A model generated the notes under the pieces. It was not told the DNA's origin. It was given only the letters and a program-made list of their open reading frames with translations, and did no database searches. A DNA stretch of 64,000 nucleotides from Spirochaetota bacterium (GTDB lineage: Bacteria > Spirochaetota > UBA12135 > COTS27), in NCBI GenBank assembly GCA_965249715.1, contig CBDFMP010000043.1:2771-66770 (forward strand), in the 5' to 3' direction. Below are positions 19,213 through 28,951 of the stretch, in pieces. Within the stretch, counting starts at the first letter, position 1, and each line of letters starts with the position of its first letter. A program made the translations under genes and the position numbers.

Positions 19213-21597
19213 TCACCTTATTCTGTCAAAACGCAGGGATGCCGCTTTATAAAAAATGTAGCGTTTAAGCGCTTTTTTATCGCCAACCGGATCAATTTTT
19301 AAGGATACCATCATCTTATTGTAAAACAGCTCCATATTATCCGGCACAAAGGCATTAACATCAAAACGTTCTGCTAAGGAGGCAATGCGTCTATCAAGAT
19401 TCTCGCGCAGAGTCACACGCGCCTCGCCAATTTTAATATTCCACAAATCATGTTCTTGTTCCAGTTTACGTTTTAATTTAGCAAGATCGCCCAGTTCAGG
19501 GACATTTTTAATAAACAGCTGTTTCTCCTGTTTCCTATCGACGGCACCTTTTTTTGCAGTAGCTGCGGCTGCAGTCACTGCACGCTTGGACTGTTCAGAA
19601 TGTTTGTTAGGGGCTGTTATGCTGCCCGCTGAGCCTTGTGCGCCTTGTACGCTCACTTTTTTCTTGTTATCCAATGTGGGTAATTTATAATAACGCCGCG
19701 CCAGAAACGCCAAATATCCACGATTGCCCTCAAAAAACAGCATCATAGTTGAAAAGAATTCACTAATATTCAAGAAGAAGCGCCGAACAACTCCCATATG
19801 GCTGCTTTTAATTGCCGTGCGCCGCACCACCTGAAATGACAGATCAATAATTTCATGCGCTTGCCGCTGTTTAGCAGTTTTTTCATTGATGACCAGCTCC
19901 ACAAATTTTTCTAAGACCTGCTTTTTTTTATCAAGATCCGCCGCACGATAAAGCAAATCCTGTGTATTCGGCACAATAAAAAGTTTGTCTTTTTCTGAAA
20001 AAAACAATCGCTGGATAAGATACACATAGTCCAAGTTCGAACTCTTGACGGGCGAAGCTTCGAGAACTCTAATCACTAATTGTAAATAATTCTTAAAAAA
20101 AGCACTGATGTATTGAGTTTCCAACTGGTTGATAAACTCCTCCTCCGCATCACGCGAGATAATTTTCGCGGCATCTTGTTTCCAATCCTCAATTATTGCC
20201 AGCTCAACTGTCTCACGCTCATCAGCCAAAACTGAAAGAAAAGAAGTGATCAACCGCACACGATGACAATAGTATTTTACATTGCCTGAAGAAAAAACAA
20301 GAATATTCTCAATAGGCTGTCCTGTGTAGTTTTTCTTTCTGATGAGCTCACGCAACGAGGTATCAGAATAAAGTTCCAAGAGTTTAGCGTCCTTGCTGCC
20401 TGCTTCGCTTGTGAAAACCTGTGTATCCAGCTGCAAAATATTTGAAATGCTAAGCGGAACATAGACCTTGCGCCCGCGTTTCTCTACAAACGTGCTCACC
20501 AACCCTAAGGTAATTGAATTATAATGTTCCTCAACAGTGTCATCACTACGCCTCCTCTCAACCAGTAAATTGCGTTCATTAATGGAAATACGTGAAAGAA
20601 AATATGAAATAAAACACAAATTATAAATTTCTTTATTCTGAAAATTCTGCTGGCTAATCTTAAGCATCACACTCAGCATGATGTTGTAAATTAATTGTAC
20701 AAAAAAAAGAAAGTACGCATCGTCAATAATACCCTCTCTCACAATACGCGACAAACGCTGTGTGTCCAACTTTTGTTCGCGCACTCGCTTAAAAACATGA
20801 TGGCGAATATCTTCGTTCATATCGTCTGTATAGTAGCTGTTAAGAAATTTGATAAACACCTCTATTAGCTGTTTAAGCTTATTCGTAGGCATCAGGACAT
20901 TTTTTACATAATCATTGCCGGAAAAAAGCGTTAACGGACGTTTGGCAACGGATAATTCTACCAATTGTTTAAGCGTCAACTGATTAGTATCCACAGTTTG
21001 CAGCAAGGCATCAAATTGTGCTTCAGAAATGGCCAGCTTTGTTAATGCCTCCTCCTTAGAGAGTAAAGCAGCTGTCCTATCTAAAAACTGACTGTAACTT
21101 TTTTCAAAATTATCCTCAATATAGAGATATAACTGCTCAAGTTCACTGCGTTTCTCTTGCAGGCGAATTTGCGCAGGGTTGCCTTGCTCATCGTGCTCCA
21201 ATACTTCAATAATACCGTAGCCATCCTTGAGCACCATCTTAATAAGGTTGTAAACAGGTGTGAGAAAACTCTGTTTTTGGAAGGCCTTGATGTCCTCTTT
21301 CCCGGCAAGAAAAAATACAAAATTATTAAGCTCAATTAAAGAATCATTATATTGCGGTGCAGCACTATATTGACAAAGCTTCTCAAAAGCTGTTGTCATT
21401 TCTGCCGTAAAATTAAATTCTTTTACAAGCGCCTGCCGCAGTTCTTTATTATACGGATACGCATATTCCGGCAATGAATAAGTAATGCCCTCATTCTCCG
21501 CTTGAACATTACCGCTTGCCTGTTCATTAGCTTGCTCAGGCAAGACACGCTCAGCCTGCTCGCCTTTTTCTGACGAAAGCTCTTCCACTTCAGCCAT
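19213..21597 (-). CDS. Large hypothetical cytoplasmic protein
   Basis: 794-aa uninterrupted ORF with an acidic N-terminus and a Lys-rich segment near aa 640-680. No domain I can name. Confidence 0.55.
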   Translation of the reverse strand: MAEVEELSSEKGEQAERVLPEQANEQASGNVQAENEGITYSLPEYAYPYNKELRQALVKEFNFTAEMTTAFEKLCQYSAAPQYNDSLIELNNFVFFLAGKEDIKAFQKQSFLTPVYNLIKMVLKDGYGIIEVLEHDEQGNPAQIRLQEKRSELEQLYLYIEDNFEKSYSQFLDRTAALLSKEEALTKLAISEAQFDALLQTVDTNQLTLKQLVELSVAKRPLTLFSGNDYVKNVLMPTNKLKQLIEVFIKFLNSYYTDDMNEDIRHHVFKRVREQKLDTQRLSRIVREGIIDDAYFLFFVQLIYNIMLSVMLKISQQNFQNKEIYNLCFISYFLSRISINERNLLVERRRSDDTVEEHYNSITLGLVSTFVEKRGRKVYVPLSISNILQLDTQVFTSEAGSKDAKLLELYSDTSLRELIRKKNYTGQPIENILVFSSGNVKYYCHRVRLITSFLSVLADERETVELAIIEDWKQDAAKIISRDAEEEFINQLETQYISAFFKNYLQLVIRVLEASPVKSSNLDYVYLIQRLFFSEKDKLFIVPNTQDLLYRAADLDKKKQVLEKFVELVINEKTAKQRQAHEIIDLSFQVVRRTAIKSSHMGVVRRFFLNISEFFSTMMLFFEGNRGYLAFLARRYYKLPTLDNKKKVSVQGAQGSAGSITAPNKHSEQSKRAVTAAAATAKKGAVDRKQEKQLFIKNVPELGDLAKLKRKLEQEHDLWNIKIGEARVTLRENLDRRIASLAERFDVNAFVPDNMELFYNKMMVSLKIDPVGDKKALKRYIFYKAASLRFDRIR

Positions 21598-21785
21598 TAT
21601 TGTAGCTCCTTTTTATAAAAATGCGTCCATGACGCTAATTTATTATAAACTCAAATATACTTCTCTAAGTCAATGTAAAAAGAACTTCTTATAATTTTCT
21701 TCGTTTAATGTTAAAATACAATGTTTAGTGTATTTACATACACACAGAGTCGCCGACTAACTGTATGTAAATCGCTCATTCCCAG

Positions 21786-21858
21786 CGGAGCATAGCGCAG
21801 TTGGTAGCGCGCTTGGTTTGGGACCAAGAGGTCACAGGTTCAAATCCTGTTGCTCCGA
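21786..21858 (+). tRNA. tRNA-Pro (anticodon UGG)
   Basis: Hand-folded 73-nt cloverleaf. Acceptor cggagca/tgctccg, D arm gcgc-agttggta-gcgc, anticodon arm cttgg-ttTGGga-ccaag, variable aggtc, T arm acagg-ttcaaat-cctgt, discriminator a. No encoded CCA. Confidence 0.9.
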
Positions 21859-21966
21859 TACCCTATACTGTGGTTTAACAACGTTCCCATGTTTGTGCTG
21901 TCCGGACAGGCACTGTTTTTCAATGCGCTCGCATTGTCCGATTGTTCATTTCATGCCTGAGTTATT

Positions 21967-24228
21967 ATGGGTACCACTACCTTAGATACTATCAATACAC
22001 TTACCTTAGCGCTGGCTGCTGGAATTTTAAGTATTATTGTTGCACGGCGTCTCCAGCTGGTCCCTATTGTCTTACTTCTGGTCACTGGCGTGGTCATTGG
22101 TCCGGAGGGGCTAGGATGGCTGCATCCTAAAAAGCTCGGCGAAACCCTGGAAATTCTCCTGCAAGTAGGAATTGCCATCATCCTTTTTGAAGGCGCCCTC
22201 ACCCTCAACTACAACGAATATAAAAAAGCCGGTAATATCATCTTCAACCTGCTCTCCTTCGGCATCCTGCTCACCTGGCTGTTAAACGCTTTCGCCATCG
22301 TTCTATTTTTTCAGTTTCCGCTTCGTTACGCACTGTTTCTGAGCAGTATCATTGTTGTGACCGGGCCAACCGTTATTATGCCGCTACTCCGCCGCATGAA
22401 TCTTAACCACAATCTCACCCATATTTTGCATTGGGAAGGAATTCTTATCGATCCCATTGGCGTCTTTCTGGCGATCTTTTGTTTTGAGCTGCTCATTAGC
22501 GGCGGCGAAGGTGTTGTGATTGTCAAGCTGTTCACGCGTTTGGGTATTGGCATTATCGTTGGCGCGCTCTTTGGTATGCTGGGCGCTACCGCACTCAATC
22601 GCCGCTGGATTCCGCAAGAACTGCACAATAGCTTCATTCTCATGTGGGCACTGTTAACGTTTGCCAGCTGCAATATCATCCTTTCCGAATCAGGTCTGCT
22701 TGCAGTGGTGGTTGCAGGCATTGTCTTGGGTTATTACAAAAAGGTGTCATTGGAAGAAATTAAAAAATTCAAACTTGATCTGACTGAGATCTTTACTGCC
22801 ATTATCTTCATCCTGCTGTCCGCTGACCTCAGCTTCACCAACATCAAACGTGTCCTTCCGCAGGGCATTTTTTTGATCTGTTTCATCCTGTTTGTCACAC
22901 GTCCGCTCAGTATCTTTATCTGTTCGCTTGGCAGCAAACTCAGCATACGCGATAAACTCTTTCTTTCCTGGGTAGCGCCACGCGGCATCATCGCTGCTTC
23001 CATGGTCACATTATTCTCCTATTCGCTCAATTCTGAAACTGAGCTTGCCCCCGCCATTGCCAAAGAGCTTTATTTTATGGAAACCTTTGTCTTTGCTGTT
23101 ATTGCTGTTACCGTTGTTTTCCAAGGTACGACTGCGCCCTTTGTTGCCAAAGCTCTTGGTGTCAAACGCGATCTGGCGCGCAATTGGGTCATTGTTGGAG
23201 CACACGAACTCAGTGCTACCATTGCAGAATATCTCATGTCCATGGGCAAGGAGGTCATTCTCTTAGACAGCAATAAAACCAAGCTTAATATTTATGCTCA
23301 ACGCGGCATTGTCACCGAACACGGCAATAGTCTTGCCTACGATATTTTCGATCGTGAAAATTTTATCCACACAGGACGTGTTCTTGCCATCACCGATAAC
23401 ATGGAACTCAACGTATTGATCTGCCAGCATTGGAAGAAAGTGGTGCGCCCGGACGGACTTTACAACTGGAGTGGGCCAGCAACAGCCACAGCCAACATCA
23501 ATACCATAGCCTCCACCGCCGTGTGGCAACAGCTAGCCAAACCCAGTATCCTCGAAAGTCAGCTCAGCAACCAAGAACGCTCACTGCTCATCAAGGCACC
23601 GGCAGAACTCAATGCACAGGAGCGCGAGCATGCAGTACCGCTCTTGGCCATCCCCACAAACGGTGATGTGCTGTTTTCACCCGATTTAAACAATAAAACC
23701 CTTGCCCCGCTGCTGACAAACAAATGGCTGCTGCTGGTCAAAGTTAGTTTTTCATTGCAAAGCTTTATCAAAGCCGGTTATCTTGCCGTCCTCAATACTG
23801 CCCCACTCACAAGTGAAATTGTTTATCGGCACGTTTTAACACAAGTTAAAACACCGCTCGGGCTCACCGCAAAGACCAGTCGCGATGACATCCTCCAGCA
23901 TTTACAGGAGCAAGAACAAGTTAAAAGTGTTTGCATAGGCAATCAAGTCGCCATTTTTCCAACATTGCAAAAGGCCTTTACAGAGCCGCTTGTAACCGTA
24001 ATCACCACACGCAGCGGTGTGGACATGCACGCATATGATAAAAAACCTATCCGTATCTGGTTCTTTATTTTTGCACACAATGCCGATTCGCTGCGTTATC
24101 TCTCATTAATTTCTCATATTTCTAAAATTGTGACCGATGAATCAACAAGAAACAAATTGCTTGCTGCTGATACCACCGTTATGCTGGAACAAGCATTATT
24201 TCAAGCATTGGCGCAAAAAAATATTTGA
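21967..24228 (+). CDS. CPA1-family Na+/H+ (cation/proton) antiporter with C-terminal regulatory domains
   Basis: 753 aa with about 12 TM helices in the N-terminal two thirds. These are followed by a TrkA-N/KTN-like segment (WVIVGAHELSATIAEYLMSMGKEVILLDSN) and a PTS-EIIA-2-like tail. The last 227 bp lie in the first 371-bp repeat unit. Confidence 0.8.
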   Translation: MGTTTLDTINTLTLALAAGILSIIVARRLQLVPIVLLLVTGVVIGPEGLGWLHPKKLGETLEILLQVGIAIILFEGALTLNYNEYKKAGNIIFNLLSFGILLTWLLNAFAIVLFFQFPLRYALFLSSIIVVTGPTVIMPLLRRMNLNHNLTHILHWEGILIDPIGVFLAIFCFELLISGGEGVVIVKLFTRLGIGIIVGALFGMLGATALNRRWIPQELHNSFILMWALLTFASCNIILSESGLLAVVVAGIVLGYYKKVSLEEIKKFKLDLTEIFTAIIFILLSADLSFTNIKRVLPQGIFLICFILFVTRPLSIFICSLGSKLSIRDKLFLSWVAPRGIIAASMVTLFSYSLNSETELAPAIAKELYFMETFVFAVIAVTVVFQGTTAPFVAKALGVKRDLARNWVIVGAHELSATIAEYLMSMGKEVILLDSNKTKLNIYAQRGIVTEHGNSLAYDIFDRENFIHTGRVLAITDNMELNVLICQHWKKVVRPDGLYNWSGPATATANINTIASTAVWQQLAKPSILESQLSNQERSLLIKAPAELNAQEREHAVPLLAIPTNGDVLFSPDLNNKTLAPLLTNKWLLLVKVSFSLQSFIKAGYLAVLNTAPLTSEIVYRHVLTQVKTPLGLTAKTSRDDILQHLQEQEQVKSVCIGNQVAIFPTLQKAFTEPLVTVITTRSGVDMHAYDKKPIRIWFFIFAHNADSLRYLSLISHISKIVTDESTRNKLLAADTTVMLEQALFQALAQKNI

Positions 24229-24246
24229 CCCCAAATAACAAAACTT

Positions 24247-24480
24247 GTGATAATCCTGAAAAGTTTACCTGAGCTCGCAAAAATGTGTATTGCCGGTCGG
24301 ATGGCGGCTGAATTACTGGTTTATTTGGGAGAACATGTCAAAGCGGGCATCGCCACTATGGATTTGGAAGTCTCACCACACGCAGCGGTGTGGACATGCA
24401 CGCATATGCTAAAAAACCTATCCGTAGCGGATTTTTTATTTTTACACACAATGCCGCTTCATTGCGTTAGCTCTCACTAA
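24247..24480 (+). pseudogene. Chimeric decoy ORF: first 42 codons of map fused out of frame to an antiporter-tail copy
   Basis: 77 aa reading MIILKSLPELAKMCIAGRMAAELLVYLGEHVKAGIATMDLEV, then unrelated sequence. Confidence 0.85.
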
Positions 24481-24617
24481 TTTCTCATATTTCTAAAATC
24501 GTGACCGATGAATTAACAAGAAACAAATTGCTTGCTGCTGATAGCACTGTTATGCTGGAACAAACATTATTTCAGACATTGGCGCAAAAAAATATTTGAC
24601 CCCAAATAACAAAACTT

Positions 24618-24851
24618 GTGATAATCCTGAAAAGTTCACCTGAGCTCGCTAAAATGCGTATTGCCGGTCGGATGGCGGCTGAATTACTGGTTTATTGGGG
24701 AGAACATGTCAAAGCGGGCATCGCCACTATGGATTTGGAAGTCTCACCACACGCAGCGGTGTGGACATGCACGCATACGCTAAAAAACCTATCCGTATCT
24801 GGTTCTTTATTTTTGCACACAATGCCGCTTCATTGCGTTAGCTCTCACTAA
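24618..24851 (+). pseudogene. Second chimeric decoy ORF (map 5' fragment)
   Basis: 77 aa with the same architecture as 24247..24480, offset by 371 bp. Confidence 0.85.
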
Positions 24852-24988
24852 TTTCTCATATTTCTAAAATCGTGACCGATGAATTAACAAGAAACAAATT
24901 GCTTGCTGCTGATAGCACTGTTATGCTGGAACAAACATTATTTCAGACATTGGCGCAAAAAAATATTTGACCCCAAATAACAAAACTT

Positions 24989-25741
24989 GTGATAATCCTG
25001 AAAAGTTCACCTGAGCTCGCTAAAATGCGTATTGCCGGTCGGATGGCGGCTGAATTGCTGGTTTATTTGGGAGAACATGTCAAAGCGGGCATCGCTACTA
25101 TGGATTTGGAAGTCCTCAGCCGCGCGTGGATTCACAAACACAAAGTGCGCTCGGCTACGCTGAATTATAAAGGCTTCCCCGCCACCATCTGCACTTCCGT
25201 TAACAACGTCGTTTGCCATGGCATCCCCAGTCATACTGCCATTTTAAATAAAGGCGATATTATTAACATTGACGTCACATTGATTGTCAACGGTTACCAT
25301 GGCGACGTTTCACGCACCTTTATCATTCCGCCCGCCCCACCGCACGTTCACGCGCTGGTCACGCGTACCGAACAGGCGCTCATGCACGGCATTAATGCCA
25401 TTACAGCCGGCAAATCGATTAACGTTATTGGCACTGCCATTGAAAAATTTATTAAACCGTTTCACTATGGCATTGTCAGTGCCCTCTGCGGGCATGGCAT
25501 TGGCGAAGCCTTTCACGAAGATCCTTTTGTCATGCACATTAAACAGCGCCGCAAGGGCGCACGGCTGCTCCCGGGGATGACCTTTACTGTGGAACCGATG
25601 ATCAATGCCGGCTCCGCGCAAGTTTATACTTCGGCTGAAGATGGTTGGAGTGTCTTCACACGCGATGACATGTTGTCTGCACAGTTTGAACATACCATTG
25701 CTGTGCTTGAGCAAGGTTGTGAAATTTTAACCGCAAGCTAA
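24989..25741 (+). CDS. map: Methionine aminopeptidase, type I
   Basis: 250 aa with a GTG start. The N-terminus aligns with the E. coli MAP N-terminus. Metal-ligand blocks are present: CHGIP, NIDVT, GYHGD, GHGIG..FHE, FTVEPM, QFEHT. Confidence 0.95.
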   Translation: MIILKSSPELAKMRIAGRMAAELLVYLGEHVKAGIATMDLEVLSRAWIHKHKVRSATLNYKGFPATICTSVNNVVCHGIPSHTAILNKGDIINIDVTLIVNGYHGDVSRTFIIPPAPPHVHALVTRTEQALMHGINAITAGKSINVIGTAIEKFIKPFHYGIVSALCGHGIGEAFHEDPFVMHIKQRRKGARLLPGMTFTVEPMINAGSAQVYTSAEDGWSVFTRDDMLSAQFEHTIAVLEQGCEILTAS

Positions 25742-25769
25742 GCTGCGCGCATTTATCCGCGCGTGCAGG

Positions 25770-26489
25770 TCACTCGTGTTTGGCTTTATACAAATGAAAC
25801 CAATAAATGCCCTCTAAACGATGAACCGGCACTAAGCCAAATGTACGTGAATCCGTAAGGTGATCCCAGCGATCATTGACAACAAAAACATATCCGCCTG
25901 GGATCACCACCTCGGTAACGGTATCGCGTGGACTCATCGCTTCCGGCAGGACACGGACATCTTCAAATTGCACTTCCCAGGGCGGAACAAAAATAGCGCC
26001 ATTTATATAAATGGTTTTATTCACAATATTGATACGCTCGCCGGGCAACGCTAAGACACGCCTAAGCAAGTGCTCGCGCGTATCCAGCTTCCATAGCCCC
26101 AATGTCAATAAAAACACAGGAAGGTCCAGTAACTTTGTCATCACGCTGCTAGGCTGCTTTTCGGGACTCAGCAATGCCACAAGCTCCCCACGCGCCAATG
26201 AATTCCTGTACACAAAGGCCCGCGGCGTTTCATACAAATATGGTTTTTTGAGCCCCAGCCCCAAGCGATCGAATACAAGATAACTCCCCGGCGTGCTAAA
26301 AGGCATCATGCCGCCCTCTTTAAGTTTGACAGGAAAGGCAACATAGGTGACCACCCAGTATAACAACACTAAAGCAATGCCTAAAAGCATCAGCGATAAC
26401 TTAACCTTATGCTGCAAAAGGCGACGGCGATAATAACGGGAAATCCGATCGCCACGGACACGAAACAATTGCTGCAACCAGCTCACCAT
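25770..26489 (-). CDS. Signal peptidase I (S26) homologue with non-canonical dyad residues
   Basis: 239 aa with an N-terminal TM helix. Box B is KEGGMMPFSTPGSYLVFDRL (vs [18 protein letters not shown]). Box D is LLRRVLALPGERI (vs YIKRAVGLPGDKV). Box E is GGYVFVVNDRWDHLTDSRTFG. Confidence 0.75.
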   Translation of the reverse strand: MVSWLQQLFRVRGDRISRYYRRRLLQHKVKLSLMLLGIALVLLYWVVTYVAFPVKLKEGGMMPFSTPGSYLVFDRLGLGLKKPYLYETPRAFVYRNSLARGELVALLSPEKQPSSVMTKLLDLPVFLLTLGLWKLDTREHLLRRVLALPGERINIVNKTIYINGAIFVPPWEVQFEDVRVLPEAMSPRDTVTEVVIPGGYVFVVNDRWDHLTDSRTFGLVPVHRLEGIYWFHLYKAKHE

Positions 26490-26520
26490 ATAAAGAACAT
26501 CCTCAGCTCTGGTATAATCA

Positions 26521-27549
26521 CTAAGACCCTAGATGATAACTAAGGCCAAATTTAAACCGATAAGCGGGTGATGCAAAGTTAGCATAAAGCAGATGCCCCA
26601 TTTGAATGGTTGCCGAGACCCTATTCGTAAACCGATAGTTAAAAACATAATCCAAGTAATAGCGTGCAAGATTATCAATTTCAACGTTGGCCACTGCAAT
26701 GCTCGCATCCGTGTTATCCGCAGCAGGTTCTTCATAACGGTACTGCACCACTGCTGGAAGTGTTGAACTTGTGTAGGTAATGACCAACTTAAATTGTGAA
26801 TAATGCGTGAAATAAATATCCATATTTAAGCCAATACGCTGAAAATGCTCCTTACCAATAGCCCCCGTTGCCTTTGGATCAAAGGCGAATTCATAAAGCG
26901 CGGTGAGCCCCAGTGGAGTCCGCGGAATTTGTGCAACATAAAGCTGAAGATGCGCAGAAACTGCGCGTTCGCCGCGCAAGGACCATAGCTGTTCATCGGC
27001 AAATGCAGTTTGCTCAGAAAATTCTGCATAATAGGAAACGCCTAAGCGCAGCGGCTCATAAGTGACATAGATATGCGGCATCACAACATGTACCGTCCGT
27101 CGCTTGCGCTGCTCCGCATATTCAATATTCAAGGCATTAAAAGACTTGACCAAACGTTCTTCATATTTATAAATAAACAACACCGTCACATACTCATAAT
27201 AATAAGCCGTGCGACTCTCAAATACATAGTCCTGTCCAATCAGCTCCTCACCCGCAAATTCAACAGCATCGTCAAGTTCATAAAACAAATCGCCATCCTG
27301 ATAATAACGCGACTTGGCAACAGAATGAAAATCAAAAAAGAAACCTTGCGAAAACCCGCCCCAGCTGCCAGCTGCCCAATTCTGAAATAATGCCGCAGAC
27401 AATGAAGTGGGCAGGCAAACACTCAAAAGCCACACGCTCAGTACCCACATACCCAAACGCAATCGGCTGCCCGCTAAAAACCAGCTCCACTTAGCTCGTT
27501 GACACACCATGCTTAAATCCCGGATTATCCACCAACCACTAAAATGCAA
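26521..27549 (-). CDS. Hypothetical outer-membrane beta-barrel-like protein
   Basis: 342 aa with a signal peptide (GMWVLSVWLLSVCLPTSLSA) and Tyr/Phe-rich alternating segments. The likely true start is internal (MVCQRAKW...). Confidence 0.45.
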   Translation of the reverse strand: MHFSGWWIIRDLSMVCQRAKWSWFLAGSRLRLGMWVLSVWLLSVCLPTSLSAALFQNWAAGSWGGFSQGFFFDFHSVAKSRYYQDGDLFYELDDAVEFAGEELIGQDYVFESRTAYYYEYVTVLFIYKYEERLVKSFNALNIEYAEQRKRRTVHVVMPHIYVTYEPLRLGVSYYAEFSEQTAFADEQLWSLRGERAVSAHLQLYVAQIPRTPLGLTALYEFAFDPKATGAIGKEHFQRIGLNMDIYFTHYSQFKLVITYTSSTLPAVVQYRYEEPAADNTDASIAVANVEIDNLARYYLDYVFNYRFTNRVSATIQMGHLLYANFASPAYRFKFGLSYHLGS

Positions 27550-27577
27550 CGCTCAGTTTTATCAAAATGTCCCATTA

Positions 27578-28852
27578 TTAATTGCGCTGCATAGCAATAC
27601 CTTGCATATAAGGACGCCGCTCTGCATCCAATGCCACAAATTGCATAAGAATTTTATAACGTTCGTCCACACGCGGCAATAGTTCTTCTACCCTGAAAAA
27701 AACTTCCAATAACTCAACCTGAGCTTCAGCAATAATCATAAACGTTAAAACTACATGATTGCTGCCGGCTGCCATTGCCGCCTTTACAGGTGACGGCATT
27801 TTAGCCTGCAACACAGCATCACCAGGGCTAAGTTTATGCACCGCAGCAACTTTTCCGCTGAATTTCCAATACGTTCCTTCATAGACCGATGCTTCTGTTA
27901 TCATAGTTGCAAAAGAAAGTGTATTTTCAAAGGAAGCAAATTGCGGAACAAGCACAAAAGTTCTTAAAATATTAAATTGCTCAGCAATGACAAGCGGCGG
28001 CACCGCTTGCATGGTTTTGTTATAATGCACAAGTGCTGCATTCACATCGCCGCGTTTAAGTGCTGCTTTCATGGCTGTAAAAGGCTTCTCCCAAGCATCA
28101 GTTGCCTGTTCCGCTCTTGCCTGTTCTGCAGGCAGCGCAATAGCTTCCAGCTGCCTGTTTAGCTCAGCTGCCGGTGGAAGTTGGCGCCAATAAATGGCCT
28201 GCTGCAGCCAGCTCACAGTATCCGCGAAATAACCGCGCAACTCTACCAGCGGACGCCAGCCCCCCAGCCACCCCAAAATCACAATAACGGCAAAACTGCT
28301 CCCCAAACTCCAGCCCCAAGCACTCAGCCAAAATCGCATGCAGCGGCGACCGTAATAATAACAGCCCTCGTCCCAGGATGACTCATAGTGTTTGTAAAAA
28401 AACTTGAATGATTTTGTCAATGTAAGGTGATAGGTGTCCGGGGCCGTTTTGATTGCATTTAAAATACGCTGGACATCCGCTTGAAATTGTTTGTGATGAA
28501 GCAGTCTTGTATAACGAACAAGCGCCTGTTCATGTTCGTTTTCAATCAAATTAACATAGGCATATAACAGCTGTGCACGCGCTTCTTCGCGACTCAAGCT
28601 TAAAATACGGTTTAAATACCGCTTGGCATTCTGCAGCTCTCCTAAAACAGCATAAATAGCTGCAAGCGTAAGTTCAACAAAGAGTGCATCATCCAGTTCT
28701 GCCAAAGCCTTGCGCCAGGGATGGTCACGTTGTGTGAGAATATTACGCAGTGTTTCCCAACGTTTTAATGCAAACATCCGCAAAACGGCATAACGCGCTT
28801 CAGCTCCCGTTACAGGAATGCGGTTTTTCCGTTTTTTTGCAGGTGCGATCAT
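27578..28852 (-). CDS. Hypothetical protein with TPR-like N-terminal helices and one TM segment
   Basis: 424 aa with helical repeat-like sequence (AAIYAVLGELQNAKRYLNRIL...) and a central hydrophobic helix (SSFAVIVILGWLGGW). Confidence 0.45.
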   Translation of the reverse strand: MIAPAKKRKNRIPVTGAEARYAVLRMFALKRWETLRNILTQRDHPWRKALAELDDALFVELTLAAIYAVLGELQNAKRYLNRILSLSREEARAQLLYAYVNLIENEHEQALVRYTRLLHHKQFQADVQRILNAIKTAPDTYHLTLTKSFKFFYKHYESSWDEGCYYYGRRCMRFWLSAWGWSLGSSFAVIVILGWLGGWRPLVELRGYFADTVSWLQQAIYWRQLPPAAELNRQLEAIALPAEQARAEQATDAWEKPFTAMKAALKRGDVNAALVHYNKTMQAVPPLVIAEQFNILRTFVLVPQFASFENTLSFATMITEASVYEGTYWKFSGKVAAVHKLSPGDAVLQAKMPSPVKAAMAAGSNHVVLTFMIIAEAQVELLEVFFRVEELLPRVDERYKILMQFVALDAERRPYMQGIAMQRN

Positions 28853-28951
28853 TGTTTCTTACGATGGCTGCTTACACCGCTTAAGCCCCGCTTTAGCCAT
28901 TGGGCATTGGGGGACATGAAAAGCTTTCAAACAAAGAGCTCAGGCGTCCCG

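Larger units (their letters stand above)
24002..25114. repeat. Exact 3 x 371-bp tandem repeat spanning antiporter 3' end, intergenic spacer and map 5' end
   Basis: Units are 24002-24372, 24373-24743 and 24744-25114. The junction is gaagtc|tcaccacac. By my manual count, unit 1 vs 3 differ at about 19 positions and unit 2 vs 3 at about 9. All differences are substitutions. Confidence 0.95.

Noticed and set aside
24950-24998. Promoter-like TTGACC-18 nt-(TGt)GATAAT motif, present in every 371-bp unit
   Set aside because: The -10 hexamer overlaps the GTG ATA ATC start of map. That N-terminus aligns residue-for-residue with the E. coli MAP N-terminus, so a start site downstream of it would truncate the protein. 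It is probably coincidental.
24002-25114. Possibility that the regular 371-bp periodicity is a CRISPR-like array
   Set aside because: The whole 371-bp unit is homologous between copies, with no short repeat plus unique spacer structure. The content is recognisable gene sequence, and no cas genes are present.
26505-26520. Plus-strand extended -10 motif (ctcTGGTATAATcac) at the lepB-like/barrel gene junction, a possible antisense promoter
   Set aside because: There is no -35, no downstream plus-strand gene and no conserved structure. It would only produce antisense RNA to the barrel gene. There is not enough evidence to call it.
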